A stretch of DNA of 63,608 nt, the filler included, from Syncephalis fuscata S228 (Eukaryota; Fungi; Zoopagomycota), in the NCBI GenBank assembly GCA_025786725.1. It is 6 parts of 6 records of this genome, joined end to end, with 100 filler letters (N's around TTAATTAATTAA, not from the genome) between each part and the next. Parts side by side here need not be neighbours in the genome. Positions count along the whole stretch, not along the records: positions 48,937 to 59,985 come from JAHLTZ010000286.1; positions 60,086 to 63,608 come from JAHLTZ010000349.1; 4 more parts are not named here. One strand, given 5' to 3'. Below are positions 52,601-63,608 of this stretch, piece after piece (position 1 is the stretch's first letter; each line of letters begins with the position of its first letter). The notes under the pieces were generated by a model. The model had not been told where the DNA came from, did no database searches, and worked only from the letters and a program-made list of their open reading frames with translations. A program made the translations under genes and the position numbers.

Positions 52601-54746
52601 CAATTTTGCCCTACACGGCTCATGCCAATAATGATCCTAATAAAGGTAAAAGACATATTAAATTCAATAATAACTATATTAATACAATAACATGAATATA
52701 GAACGACAAGAATTAAATGAACTATTACAACAGGGTTTATTACAAAATGATAGCAATAGTGATAAGAACATATTCAGTATAGATTCAGCCATGGATCGTA
52801 AGGAACGAATTCAAAAAGCCTGTATTGTTGGTATGTAACTATGAATACAAGTAATACACTAATCTAATGAATATAATTATAACATCCATAGGAACCACCT
52901 GTTTGGCCACATCACTATCTGTATTTGATGAGCAGTCATTTGATATTGTTATTCTTGATGAAGCATGTCAAGTGATGGAGCCGATGTCACTACTACCACT
53001 GACTCGATTCAACAGTAGTAGAGCCGTGCTTATTGGTGATCCATTACAGGTTAATAGACTACCGATGATAACTATTAGTGTTTAACCAATTGGCGCTATA
53101 GCTAGCACCAACTGTGGAGACTATGGGCGATAAACAGATTTACGGTCAAGGACTTGATCGATCATTGTTTGAACGATGCATGGAAGTAAGTATATAGTGG
53201 ATATAGTATAATAACATTAATTGACTAATAACCAACTGTAATATAGATGGGTATCAAGGTATTGTCAATATTATATACAATAATGTAAATAACATTATAG
53301 TAATTTGATAAAATGATATTTAGCCTATTATGCTACATACACAATACAGAGTAAGTGGTTCTTACTATTAATGGTATTATTATTATTATTAATGTGTTTT
53401 AACTACTGTAGTGTCATCCACGTATTGCAGCTATCAGTAATGCACTTGTATATCAACATCGGTTGATCAACGGTGTTACTGAGGCACAACGTGATCCTCT
53501 TTTAGACCACCTACCAACATTAGCTTTTATTGATGCTCCAGGAGAGGTATATAGTCTTATTAGATACCAATATCGAATAGATACTAATAGATAAATAGGA
53601 GTGTCAATGGAATAAATCTGGATCTCTTTACAATGACCTGGAAGTAGGTGTTATAGTAAAGACCGTTCACCAATTACTTCAAAGCGGTGTATCGCCCAAG
53701 GATATCGGGATTGTTACTCTTTGTAAGTTAAATGACAAAGAAATACGCATTATACATTTACACTATTTAATAGATAAAGCCCAAGTTGAAAGAATTGAAT
53801 CTCGTCTTGGATTACACGATCAATCGGCTGCAAAACACGCAAACTCTACTTCTCAATTACAGGTAGCTAGATTGTGCTACAATATCTACTTATTACTAAT
53901 TGATATTTTAGATAAGCACCGTTGATGCATTTCAGGTAACGTACTAATTAATTTAGCTCGCTTATTACACTAACTAGTGTAAATTAAATAGGGAGCTGAA
54001 CGAGAAATCATTATACTATCATGTGTAAGAACCAAGTATATTGGATTTCTATCCAATCTACGACGTATCAATGTTGCCTTTACTCGAGCCAAACGGTAAT
54101 TAGCAATGCAAATAAAATAATTAATATACTAATAATGTATCTAGACATTTACTAGTCATAGGTAGATCAAATTTACTAATCACCCATAAGATCTGGAGTC
54201 AATTCATTGAACAACACTGTAAAGGTAAATAACGTGTTTACATATGAATCAATCAATTTAATAAGTGTGACTCTAGTCTATCCCAATGGATATTACACAG
54301 TATCACAGTTTCATAAACAACTAACCTGTCTTAATCCATCAGAAACCCTACTTACATCCTCTCCTGTTCCAGATCCAGTGGATATAACAACACAACCACT
54401 GTCACTATCCTCATCTAATAATGGCGGTAATGATCATCAAGATGTAATTCTAGATCCTCAATATACTATAGCATCACCAATCATACAAAAAGATGAATTG
54501 GAAAGCATTACAGATGTATCAAATACACCTGATCCTGTAACAATTAATCCACAATTTCTTTCTTTACTTAAACAAATGAATCAACATACAGAGTCTCATT
54601 CTAATCCATCATTAATAGACAAGATTGATGACAATAATGATGAACAAGTAGTATCAACTACTACAGAATCATTACCATCTATCAAGCACATTGAACCAGA
54701 TTGGTTAGAATTTAACAATTTATCCTCTTCTTATTCCTTAGAATAA
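49605..54746 (+). CDS. ZGRF1: ZGRF1-type protein: N-terminal DUF2439 + C-terminal UPF1/DNA2-like SF1 helicase; ~30 short introns
   Basis: MYTVLFTHQKNKKTKTWQDG; spliced LIHG|VFGAGK|S, TAMT|NVAVDN, VILDEACQ, LIGDPLQ|L, RSLFER, QYR|CHP, IGIVTL|YKAQ, ISTVDAFQ|GAEREIIILSCVR, RRINVAFTRAK. Confidence 0.88.
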
Positions 54747-54768
54747 ACAAATATATGTAATACATCGC

Positions 54769-55072
54769 TCAAAAGAGTTGGTTCACATCGTCTGATACAA
54801 CTGAGTTTCGGAAATTCGCCCATAATGTAGCAATATGTTCGAAATCTCTTCCTAATGTAACAATATTGTCGAGATTTTGATTCAAAAGATTCATATTGGT
54901 AACGACGTTCTCGATTGACTAGTATAAGTATAAGTATATCAATCAATCAATCAATCAATATAAGTATATATTAATATATAGAATACTGGTCCATTAATTG
55001 TAGATTAGTTACCTGAGCAATTTCATTAATTAGAACATCACGTTCACGCTCAAAGATTGCCTGATCATCCAT
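54769..55072 (-). CDS. DAD1: DASH/Dam1 kinetochore complex subunit Dad1 (exons 55072-55013, 54918-54769; 69 aa)
   Basis: MDDQAIFERERDVLINEIAQ|SIENVVTNMNLLNQNLDNIVTLGRDFEHIATLWANF fits the Dad1 family pattern. Confidence 0.85.
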
Positions 55073-55394
55073 AGTTGGTCTTGTAATGTTGTAGTAACAA
55101 TTAGTAATAGACAACAGTAAAGAGTTGAGTAAAGAGAATAAAAAGTATTGTATGGTTATGATTATTATTATATGATTATTACGACGCGATCTCGTGTTTA
55201 TATCATTTTGATTAATAAAAAATACCACTATTGTATTTACAATCCAATTCTATTATGATTATTAAATACTTATAAACTGATCAATTAAATAAACACATTT
55301 ACTATGACGGTCAATTCGTGATATTTATTTATTCAATTTAATCAATGATTGCAAGCAGTTTAAATACTGAAAATGCAAAAGTATAAAGATATCC

Positions 55395-57149
55395 CTATTG
55401 ATGATATGGATCAATGATTGTTGATTGTACGGTGAAACGATCTTCCATAGGTGGCATAAATGGCCCACTAGCCTTTAATGCTAGTGTAATCTGTTTTAAT
55501 GATAGACCAAGATACTCGCGAATAAAATGGCCAATATCTGTATTTTCATGATTGCCACGCAGTTTTGCAACTGCTGGCTCGCCATAGGCATAGAGATTAA
55601 CATCAACACCGGTATGGCCGGGAGTAGTCCAGCCGATAACGGCACGTTGGCTAATCATTTCGGCCAAATAGACGCGTATTTGCTCGGTTGTATACGCTGA
55701 ATCACTTAAATAGTTGAGTTCCTCCTTGGTTATCTTATGGAGACCGGCCCACTTGGATAAAACTTCATCGTGGATAAACTGCTTCTTATGTTTACCGGTG
55801 TAGCCAGCAATAGCATTGGCCAATACGCCAGTCGAGTTGCTAACGTCGCGAATGACTTGAGGGTCCCAGCGATAGTCTGGATAGCCAGGACCAACCTTAC
55901 GACCAAGTGTAAACCCACCTGTTTCGTGGTCACTTACAGAAATCATCACAGTGCCTGGATTGGCATCTACAAATGCCTTAACCACCTCAATGGCCTTATA
56001 GTAGCCGATGATTTCGTGGACATGCGTGGCCGGGTCATTTTGATGTGCAGCCAAATCAATCTTGCTTCCTTCGATCATCATGAAGAAGCCATGTTCTTCA
56101 TCTTTAGTAGCATGTGCCATAATATCAAGTGCTTTCTGGGCCATTTCGTGTAAGGCTGGTTCACGTGTTGCATCTCGATCGATTTCATAGGCCATGTTAT
56201 GTGGTGTAAATAGACCATGGAGTGGCAAGGAAGTGGAGGCCGACAATGCATCAAACTGTTTACGATCGCTTATCGAAGACCAGCCACGCTTCTGTGCTTC
56301 AGTAAACAAATCACGATCATCGTAACGGCAACTGCCAACGGTAGTATTCGGTTGGAAGTAGCATCTTCCACCACCAAACATCAAATCCACCGTACGATTT
56401 AGCGGATTATCGCCAATTTGCTGCTGAGCAATGGCCTCCTCCATAGTACGCCACGGTACATGTGCACTAAATGCAGCTGGAGTAGCATCGGTTACTCGAC
56501 TGGTAACGACCAATGCCGTTTTGAGTCCCTTTGCTTTGGCTGCTTCCAGTACAGTGCCACAGGGGAACCGGTCTGAATCAACACCAACAGCGTTATTGTA
56601 AGTCTTGTGTGCACATGAAAATGCGGTAGCACCAGCGGCAGAATCCGTCACTAGGCTAGAGGCGGATCGGGTACGTGATGCGCCTACTAGAATTGTGTCC
56701 AAAGGTGTCATGTAGCCTAGAGGTAGTTTATCAGCAAACTGCTGATATGAACGACCATATGTTTCTGAGGCTGGGCCAAAACCGTCCGATATCATCATAA
56801 TTACATTACGACGCGGTGTTTTAACTAATTCATATCAATAACACCAATAGTAATTTTGGTTTTAGTTACAATGGAAACAATTAGCCCAATCAACTTACCT
56901 GGTGACCCTGAAATAGTAAAAGCTGTTATTGCTGCCGTAGCAGCAAACACAATCATAATCGCTAGACCAGCAATTACTAAACGCTGATTCTATAATAAAA
57001 AGAGTTAGAACTGATATTAGCTATATTCGTGCAAGTACCTTCTTGTTTTCCGGCGTCAATGGACCTGATAAAAGTCCATCTCGCTCGTTAGCTACTCGGT
57101 TCCGAGCAACTTGCTCTTCTTCACGGCGCACATTCGCGTTATCCGACAT
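55395..57149 (-). CDS. PHO8: Vacuolar-type alkaline phosphatase (exons 57149-57039, 56989-56899, 56824-55395)
   Basis: N-terminal transmembrane anchor; RNVIMMISDGFG, VTDSAAGATAF, TDATPAAF, IEGSKIDLAAHQND, SDHETGG, GHTGVDV. Confidence 0.95.
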
Positions 57150-57909
57150 AGTAGTGTCAATTTAATACACAGTCAACGCTGTCTATAGACAATCAAACAG
57201 CTATAATAGCAGTAGCAAATGTAGATGAAATTTAGTAGTTGGCGAAATAGGAGCTAGAAAGGTGTGGGCGTGTGAAGGAAAGTCTTCGAGGACTATGATG
57301 TATATTAGTAGTCGTTTCAAGGCGGTGTGTGGTCCAATCGCGTGATAGATTGGAAGCTAATCCTATCAATGATTTGCATGTCTATCTTTTAAATAAAACT
57401 CAAATCCAATTAGCATGTTTGCGAAATGTATTATTATGCGTTGTTATGCATGAACCATGTGCGTGTATATAGCCGGTAGAAACGATAGAGTAGTTCTTAC
57501 GTATCTCATTAATGCGTGTAAAATAGATGGATATAGTTTTCAGATTACTTGTATTAATCTTTATGACAATTTGCATAAGTATAGCTTTATTAATATTAAA
57601 TAGAAGCTATAATCTAATTTAGTATTATGCTTGAATAATTTATAGTTCCTATAATTAACTGTTACAAAATTATTGGATTGTACTATTACCATATAAAATG
57701 AATGGTATTTTTGTTTTACATGCATAGCCTTGTTGACATCAACAATATATCGCTTGCATGATACTATAATAATTTAGAATGAATCCAGATAATAAAGCAA
57801 GTCTGTTGCCTTGTCGTATAATGTTCTTTTATTGGCACATTGCGCTTGGATTTTGTTTCTTAATCCATTACTTTATTGTTTTTTAATAGTATCGTCTCAT
57901 ATAAAATAA

Positions 57910-58530
57910 ATGTACTTTAGAATTATTTGGCAAGCTAACTAAATAATATAAGTGCAAAGATTATTTAAAAAATGTTGACCAACCACCAACACTGTTTATT
58001 ATCAATTATTTTCTGTATCAACAGCTTTATTACAGCTATTAGGGTATAATATATGGTTGGACATGGGAGCAGACTGTAAACGAGCCTACACTCAATGATT
58101 TTGGTATAGGTGGTTTGGATATAGCTGGTAAACGCACCAACTGGGATAAATCTGCAGATATTAGCGGCAATCCCAATTACAAAGTTTTGTTTAAATCTAA
58201 TTCTATAATCTATTTTATTTATTGTCTAAATTAGTTTATTATAGCTTTTAATCTTTTCTGGCTTGGCTGTGTTGATATTAACTGTATTTGAATATAAGAC
58301 ATTAGCGTTTGTTAGTACACATTTCAAATTGTACACATCCATTTCCTGATAAGTATGCTATCTACACCATGTCAGGACATATACTATTGATGATCTGTAT
58401 TATAGGTGCACAATAACCAAATTTAGCCGATATTGCTATAAGTTATTTACCACTTGGTGGAGTGACGGTGCTTGAAGACAACATGAAGCTAATAAACAAA
58501 CGAAAATTTACGTTACTGTTACGCAGCATA
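57910..58530 (+). pseudogene. Decayed paralogue of the downstream secreted/membrane protein
   Basis: AKI/LKNVDQPPTLFIINYFLYQQLYYSY*GIIYGWTWEQTVNEP versus AKITLQNGNESLTLSTLNYYYYKQPYYRYEGMIYNWLIENKKNQP. In-frame TAG at 58040-58042 and a frameshift near 57962. Confidence 0.7.
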
Positions 58531-59115
58531 TCCAATTTGTCTCAAAAGCTAAGTGTACATCAGTGCTATTGTATCCAAAACAGTATACATATGGTGCCAG
58601 AATGTAACGACGAGTTCGGTGTTGTTAATAAGCCAGCAAGTACTAGATATCAATAGCGTATGTTGCTACACAGGAACGTGTTTACCATGATAAACTTAAT
58701 CCAGGATACATTGCATGTTCGGCTTTGTGCTAGGTCCACTCATTTTGTTATTTATACTAAACTAAAGTGTTACACGTGCATAACGTAAACATGTTTTTGT
58801 TAAAAATACTTATACATATAATTGTTACTAAAAATAATACGTATCTATAGTTTTATTGAGAATTATAATAGTGTAACCACTGTGTAGTGCAAATTTCAAA
58901 CAAAACTTGCTGCATCAGTATGCGTAGGGCCTTTTGTTCCCCGTGATTATGTCGGGAATTGCTTAAGGCAACCTCAAAGCAATATAGTTTTGTAACAGGC
59001 CTAGACAGCAGATTATGAAGCTATTATATTAGATAAAGCTCAGTTATAGAATTTAGAAATAAACCCTCTATTCTATTTCATGTTTTTGCATTTACGTCAA
59101 TTTCAACATTCTATC

Positions 59116-59985
59116 ATGAAGTTAGGCTATAGTTGGAGTCTTCTGTTGACTGTATCTGTTTATCTGCTTTATCATTTAAGTAGCACCCATGCTAAAATCA
59201 CTTTACAAAATGGCAACGAATCATTAACACTTTCCACGCTTAATTATTACTATTACAAACAACCATATTACCGTTATGAAGGAATGATATATAACTGGCT
59301 AATAGAAAACAAAAAGAATCAGCCTGTATTTACTGATCTTGATGTAAAAAGCAATTATTTTTCCTTTATGAGAAAACAGGCCGCAAACTACTCGTGTGTA
59401 GGTATCTTGGTTGATTACAATTTTCTTAAAAGCTTAAATACCGATTGCACGTTTGCTCAAGTTAGTTACACACATTTGTCTAGAAAATTATTAATAATAA
59501 CGTAGCTTGGTTCGGCTGTAGAAGAGCTTTCAAGACAATTTGTCAAAGCCAAACTTCCACCTATAAAGCTTATTGTTGTTGCTATACCAATTGCTCAACC
59601 TGGTAATGTGTGGAGTGCACTGATACCAGAGTATGCTTCAACTCAGCCATCCAAAATACCGGATGGGCCTCCGTCCATTGACATGGCTTTTTTGGAAGGT
59701 CCACCAAGCATGAGTCTTATGGGTTTTTATGGCAGAAATTCTGGTATACACTTTGTAGCCGAAGAAGGTACATATCTGCACAGAAGCAACATGCGTATTT
59801 AAATTAACATACCATAATAGAGCCTGGATCATTAAATAGCTTACTGTTATCGCCAGGATTTATAGCTTATCGATGGATTTATTTTTTATTAGTAAGCTCG
59901 TAAATATACAGTATTTATAATTAAAACTAACGATTCGTCAAAGATGCTAGGAGTATTGCTTTATACATGCGTTCGCACAATTAAA
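59116..59985 (+). CDS. Secreted/membrane hypothetical protein, multi-exon, 3'-truncated by the contig end
   Basis: Signal peptide MKLGYSWSLLLTVSVYLLYHLSSTHA; GT-AG introns at ~59461-59505, ~59769-59820 and ~59892-59943; hydrophobic segment AYRWIYFLL/MLGVLLY. Confidence 0.65.
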
Positions 59986-60085
59986 NNNNNNNNNNNNNNN
60001 NNNNNNNNNNNNNNNNNNNNNNNNNNNNNTTAATTAATTAANNNNNNNNNNNNNNNNNNNNNNNNNNNNNNNNNNNNNNNNNNNN
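59986..60085. other. Artificial contig linker
   Basis: N-TTAATTAATTAA-N. Confidence 0.99.
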
Positions 60086-60167
60086 ACTTTAGGGAAGACG
60101 CGTTGACCGTTTAGGCCACCACGCCTCCCCCACTATATTTATTTCAGCACTTTCAATAACAGTAAGT

Positions 60168-60320
60168 ATCAACATCGACATCAATATCAACATTAACATC
60201 GGCATCATATCAACATTAACATCGGCATCAATATCAACATTAACATCGGCATCAATATCAACATTAACATCGGCATCAATATCAACATTAACATCGGCAT
60301 CAATATCAACATTAACATCA
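60168..60320. repeat. 24-bp minisatellite (ATCAACATTAACATCGGCATCAAT), ~6 units
   Basis: Direct reading. Confidence 0.92.
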
Positions 60321-60499
60321 AGTATAAAAATAGTACACTTTTCAGCGTCAAGTATTGACAATTTTTATACCGCCTTATACCAGTATATTAATAATTAAAT
60401 TAAATAAAGATCAAGATTAATAAAATTAGTATAAAAAGGCCGTTTATTAACAACCACTTCCCCTATAGCCAATCTGACTAAATAAATAGCATCTTGAAC

Positions 60500-60810
60500 A
60501 ATTAATTAACTAACTAACTAATTAACTAATTAACTAACTAACTAATTATCTATTTATCTATCTAATTAACTATCTATTCGACTATTTAATCAACTATTTA
60601 ATCAACTATTTATCTATTTAATCAACTATTTAATCAACTATTTATCTATCTAGCTATTTAATCAACTATTTATCTATCTAGTTGTTTAATCAACTATTTA
60701 TCTATCTAGCTATTTAATCAACTATTTATCTATCTAGCTATTTAATCAACTAACTAACTAACTATTTATTTATCCAATTAACTATTTAACTAACTATTTA
60801 ATTAACTAAT
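60500..60810. repeat. Complex AT-rich satellite (TAAC/TATC/TAATCAACTATT, ~28-bp higher-order unit)
   Basis: Direct reading. Confidence 0.9.
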
Positions 60811-62304
60811 AAAAAATAATTTATTGGGTCAAAATAAGAAAGTAAAATTTAAAAATTTGCCTCAATTATAATAAATAGTAACATTTGTGCATTTTTAATA
60901 CAAAGTGTCAATATTAACGTATTTTTAACATCAAATGTCAAAGCTTTACACCTTGATAATATTAAGTAACAATAAATTGTATTATGTTAACTACGATCAT
61001 AGCTATTATAAATAACAAAGCATAAATCTACATTACGGTCATAGCTATTATAAATATTATATGACGATGGTCATAGCAAATTAAAAGGAAAAAGTAGGAG
61101 TAACTAGAGCAACCATATTGAATAAGTTGTCTTGGATGTAATTATCTAGGATTATAGGCATATTTAATTGAAATTATAGTGAAAATAGCCGATTATTTGC
61201 AATAAATCAGTGTTTTGACGCCAATTAAGCCGGAATAAGCGGATTTCGAGATTCAATTCTAACATAATACGATAGCGCGCATCGAATAGAGGTAAAAACA
61301 GGAAAAAAATAAAAATTATAAAAATTATAAATATTAACAAGAATTAAATTGAAGATTATACTAGTTTATATGTATATATTTTAAAAAAAGCCAAAAAGTG
61401 GTAAAAAAAAAGCGAATTAATTGAAGAAATAAATGTTTATTTAATATAGTATATAATTAATGTGATTTTTACGATGAATTACGGGTCAAATGGCCAACAT
61501 TTATAAAAATTGATAGATAATAAGGTGATATTGAGCTATTAGTTAACGATCTACATGTATTTATTATAAAAAGAAGCTACAAAGTTGAGATTCCTTAATG
61601 GGACATGACACGTGTTGACCGACCCAATAAGGCAATTTTAGCGAAACTTTGTTGGCGAATATTGAAGCAAGTAGAGCAGCTAGAGCTAAGCGGACGCCAG
61701 TGTCCGGTAGAGAATAGGGCGTAGATTCCAAAAATGCAATAAAAACGAAAAAATGGAATTTTGGCGCGCAATGGTTGAACAAAAACAAATGGTATGGGGT
61801 GGGTGGGTGTCGGGCACTGGCGGCCTGTGGCACACGCCAGTGACCGTGCTCAGCGCACGCCGCGTGGTCAGCGGCGGGCGCGCAGCGCGGGAAAAAAGGC
61901 CAAAATGGGCCAAAAAGTGCGTGGTGACGCGTGTGGAAACGGGATGGGATTTAATAACATACAACAAGTGTTTGGATGGCAGAAAGGAAAGGAAAGAGCT
62001 GTAATGCGGGCAGAGTTTGTGGCAGCAGGTGAGTGATAAAAGCAAAACGAAAAAAATAGGCGAAAAGCCCAAAAAGGAAACTGGTAGATGACAGGGGCAG
62101 GAGTTTGCTAGTTTAGACTAGCAGGGGGTGTAGAGTGGAGCAAAAGAGCGTATCGATTGCGGAATTGAACCGGCGGCACAATCGACGGATGGGCATGCAA
62201 ACCATTTGTGCGATTCGAGCATAGTCTTAGGAGAATGTTTTAAATGGCTAGTGATTCCAGCGTCCAAAATGGGCCAGATGAGTAGAAATATTATAGATGG
62301 CTAT

Positions 62305-63062
62305 AGATTGGCGGATTCGAGTCCTCCATGCTTAGTTGTAATGACAGGTATAAGATTTAGAAGAAGAATTTTTGCAAAAAAAGCTGGCTAAAGACGCAAT
62401 TTACGTATTTTTAATTTAGTTTTAAAAGCACGAATATTACTGGGTATAACTTTACGTATAATCAAGCAAATTGCATGATATTTTGCATGAATATGCGTAT
62501 GATATATATACGACTATTGGTGAAGTACATTGTAGCTGCATTGTGTGATGGCGTAGTTATAGTGATAATACACCAATAAATATGCAAAAATAGCAGATTT
62601 TTAACAATCATGGCCTATATAGCCGAAAGATAGCAAAATGATTGCCGGATTCGAGTTCCCCATGCTTAGTTATAATGACAGGTATAAGATTTAAAAGAAG
62701 AATTTTTGCAAAAAAAGTAGGCCAAAAACGCAATTTACGTATTTTTAATTTAGTTTTAAAAGCACGAATATTATTAGGTATAACTTTACGTATAATCAAG
62801 CAAATTGCATGATATTTTGCATGAATATGCGTATGATATATATACGACTATTGGTGAAGTACATTGTAGCCGCGTTGTGTGATGGCGTAGTTATAGTGAT
62901 AATACACCAATAAATATGCAAAAATAGCAGATTTTTAGCAATCATGGCCTATATAGCCGAAAGATAGCGAAATAATTGGCGGATTCGAGTTCCCCATGCT
63001 TAGTTATAAGGAATGGTATAGAATTTAGAACAAATTTTTTTGCAAAAAAAGTTGGCCAAAAA
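62305..63062 (+). repeat. Tandem array of ~335-bp units (2.3 copies), same family as the foldback arms at 37369-38827
   Basis: GGATTCGAGT(T/C)C.CCATGCTTAG at ~62313, ~62647 and ~62981; shared AAGCAAATTG.ATGATATTTTGCA and TTGTGTGATGG.GTAGT. Confidence 0.9.
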
Positions 63063-63608
63063 ATTGTGTAAATTGATTACGAGTAAAATTTAGTATATAT
63101 ATATTATATTATATTGTTTTATAATGCTAAAGCATAATATCAAGCTGAGATGTAGAAATATTGATGTACAGTGGCGATTTATGTCATATACAAAAAGGTG
63201 TCACGTGATGCAACAGTGACAATATACCGTTATTGTACGCATGCCGGCCTTTCAATATTAGCGATAATTGTGCCGGCTATGGTCTATACTATACAAGAGA
63301 GCGAGTAGAATACATTTGAATGCAGATAGAGTGTATTGCGGCGATAGTCTGTGTGCTAGAGGGGGTAGTTGTGTATAAAAAGTGCATGTATAAACATAGT
63401 GTGTAAAAGGAGTAAAAGGATAAAAGTTTAGCACGTTAATTATCGGTTGTTTATTTTGTTATATATATTGTAATTAATGGATAGAATTGGGCTATATCGC
63501 TATAGATGGCCATACAGCCATAATAATGCAGGTAAATAGACTGTATTATGTGGTAGCGATAGTAGTGTGGGAAGATGCGTAAAGTATTATACTAACTGAT
63601 TGCACAGC

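Noticed and set aside
60086-60095. TTTAGGG at the contig start as a telomere
   Set aside because: Single unit, and the G-rich strand is in the wrong orientation for a left end.
60089-60361. ORF with DADVNVDI repeats
   Set aside because: Product of the 24-bp minisatellite; no other coding evidence.

Overview
AT-rich, intron-containing eukaryotic DNA, most consistent with an early-diverging fungus; a Zoopagomycota/Syncephalis-like source is inferred from gene content, not proven. The window is six contigs joined by artificial N-TTAATTAATTAA-N linkers: 1-13921, 14022-23995, 24096-39332, 39433-48836, 48937-59985 and 60086-63608. Genes: a secreted Pro/Gln-repeat protein, a C2H2 transcription factor, a frameshifted two-domain protein of possible actinoporin-like fold, an intronless hexokinase, RPL15, a secreted S8 subtilase, a ZGRF1-type helicase, DAD1, a PHO8-type alkaline phosphatase, and a secreted/membrane protein with an adjacent pseudogene paralogue. 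The most unusual signal is pervasive inverted symmetry. Two genes each sit in the loop of ~0.5-kb near-identical inverted repeats. Contigs 2 and 4 describe a multi-kb gene-free palindrome with a 16-bp satellite of variable copy number, flanked by decayed gag-like sequences pointing outward, each preceded by a dispersed repeat ('R'). A foldback element is built from a ~340-bp unit that also forms a tandem array in contig 6. Some of these fold-backs may be whole-genome-amplification or long-read chimeras; this cannot be settled from the sequence alone.
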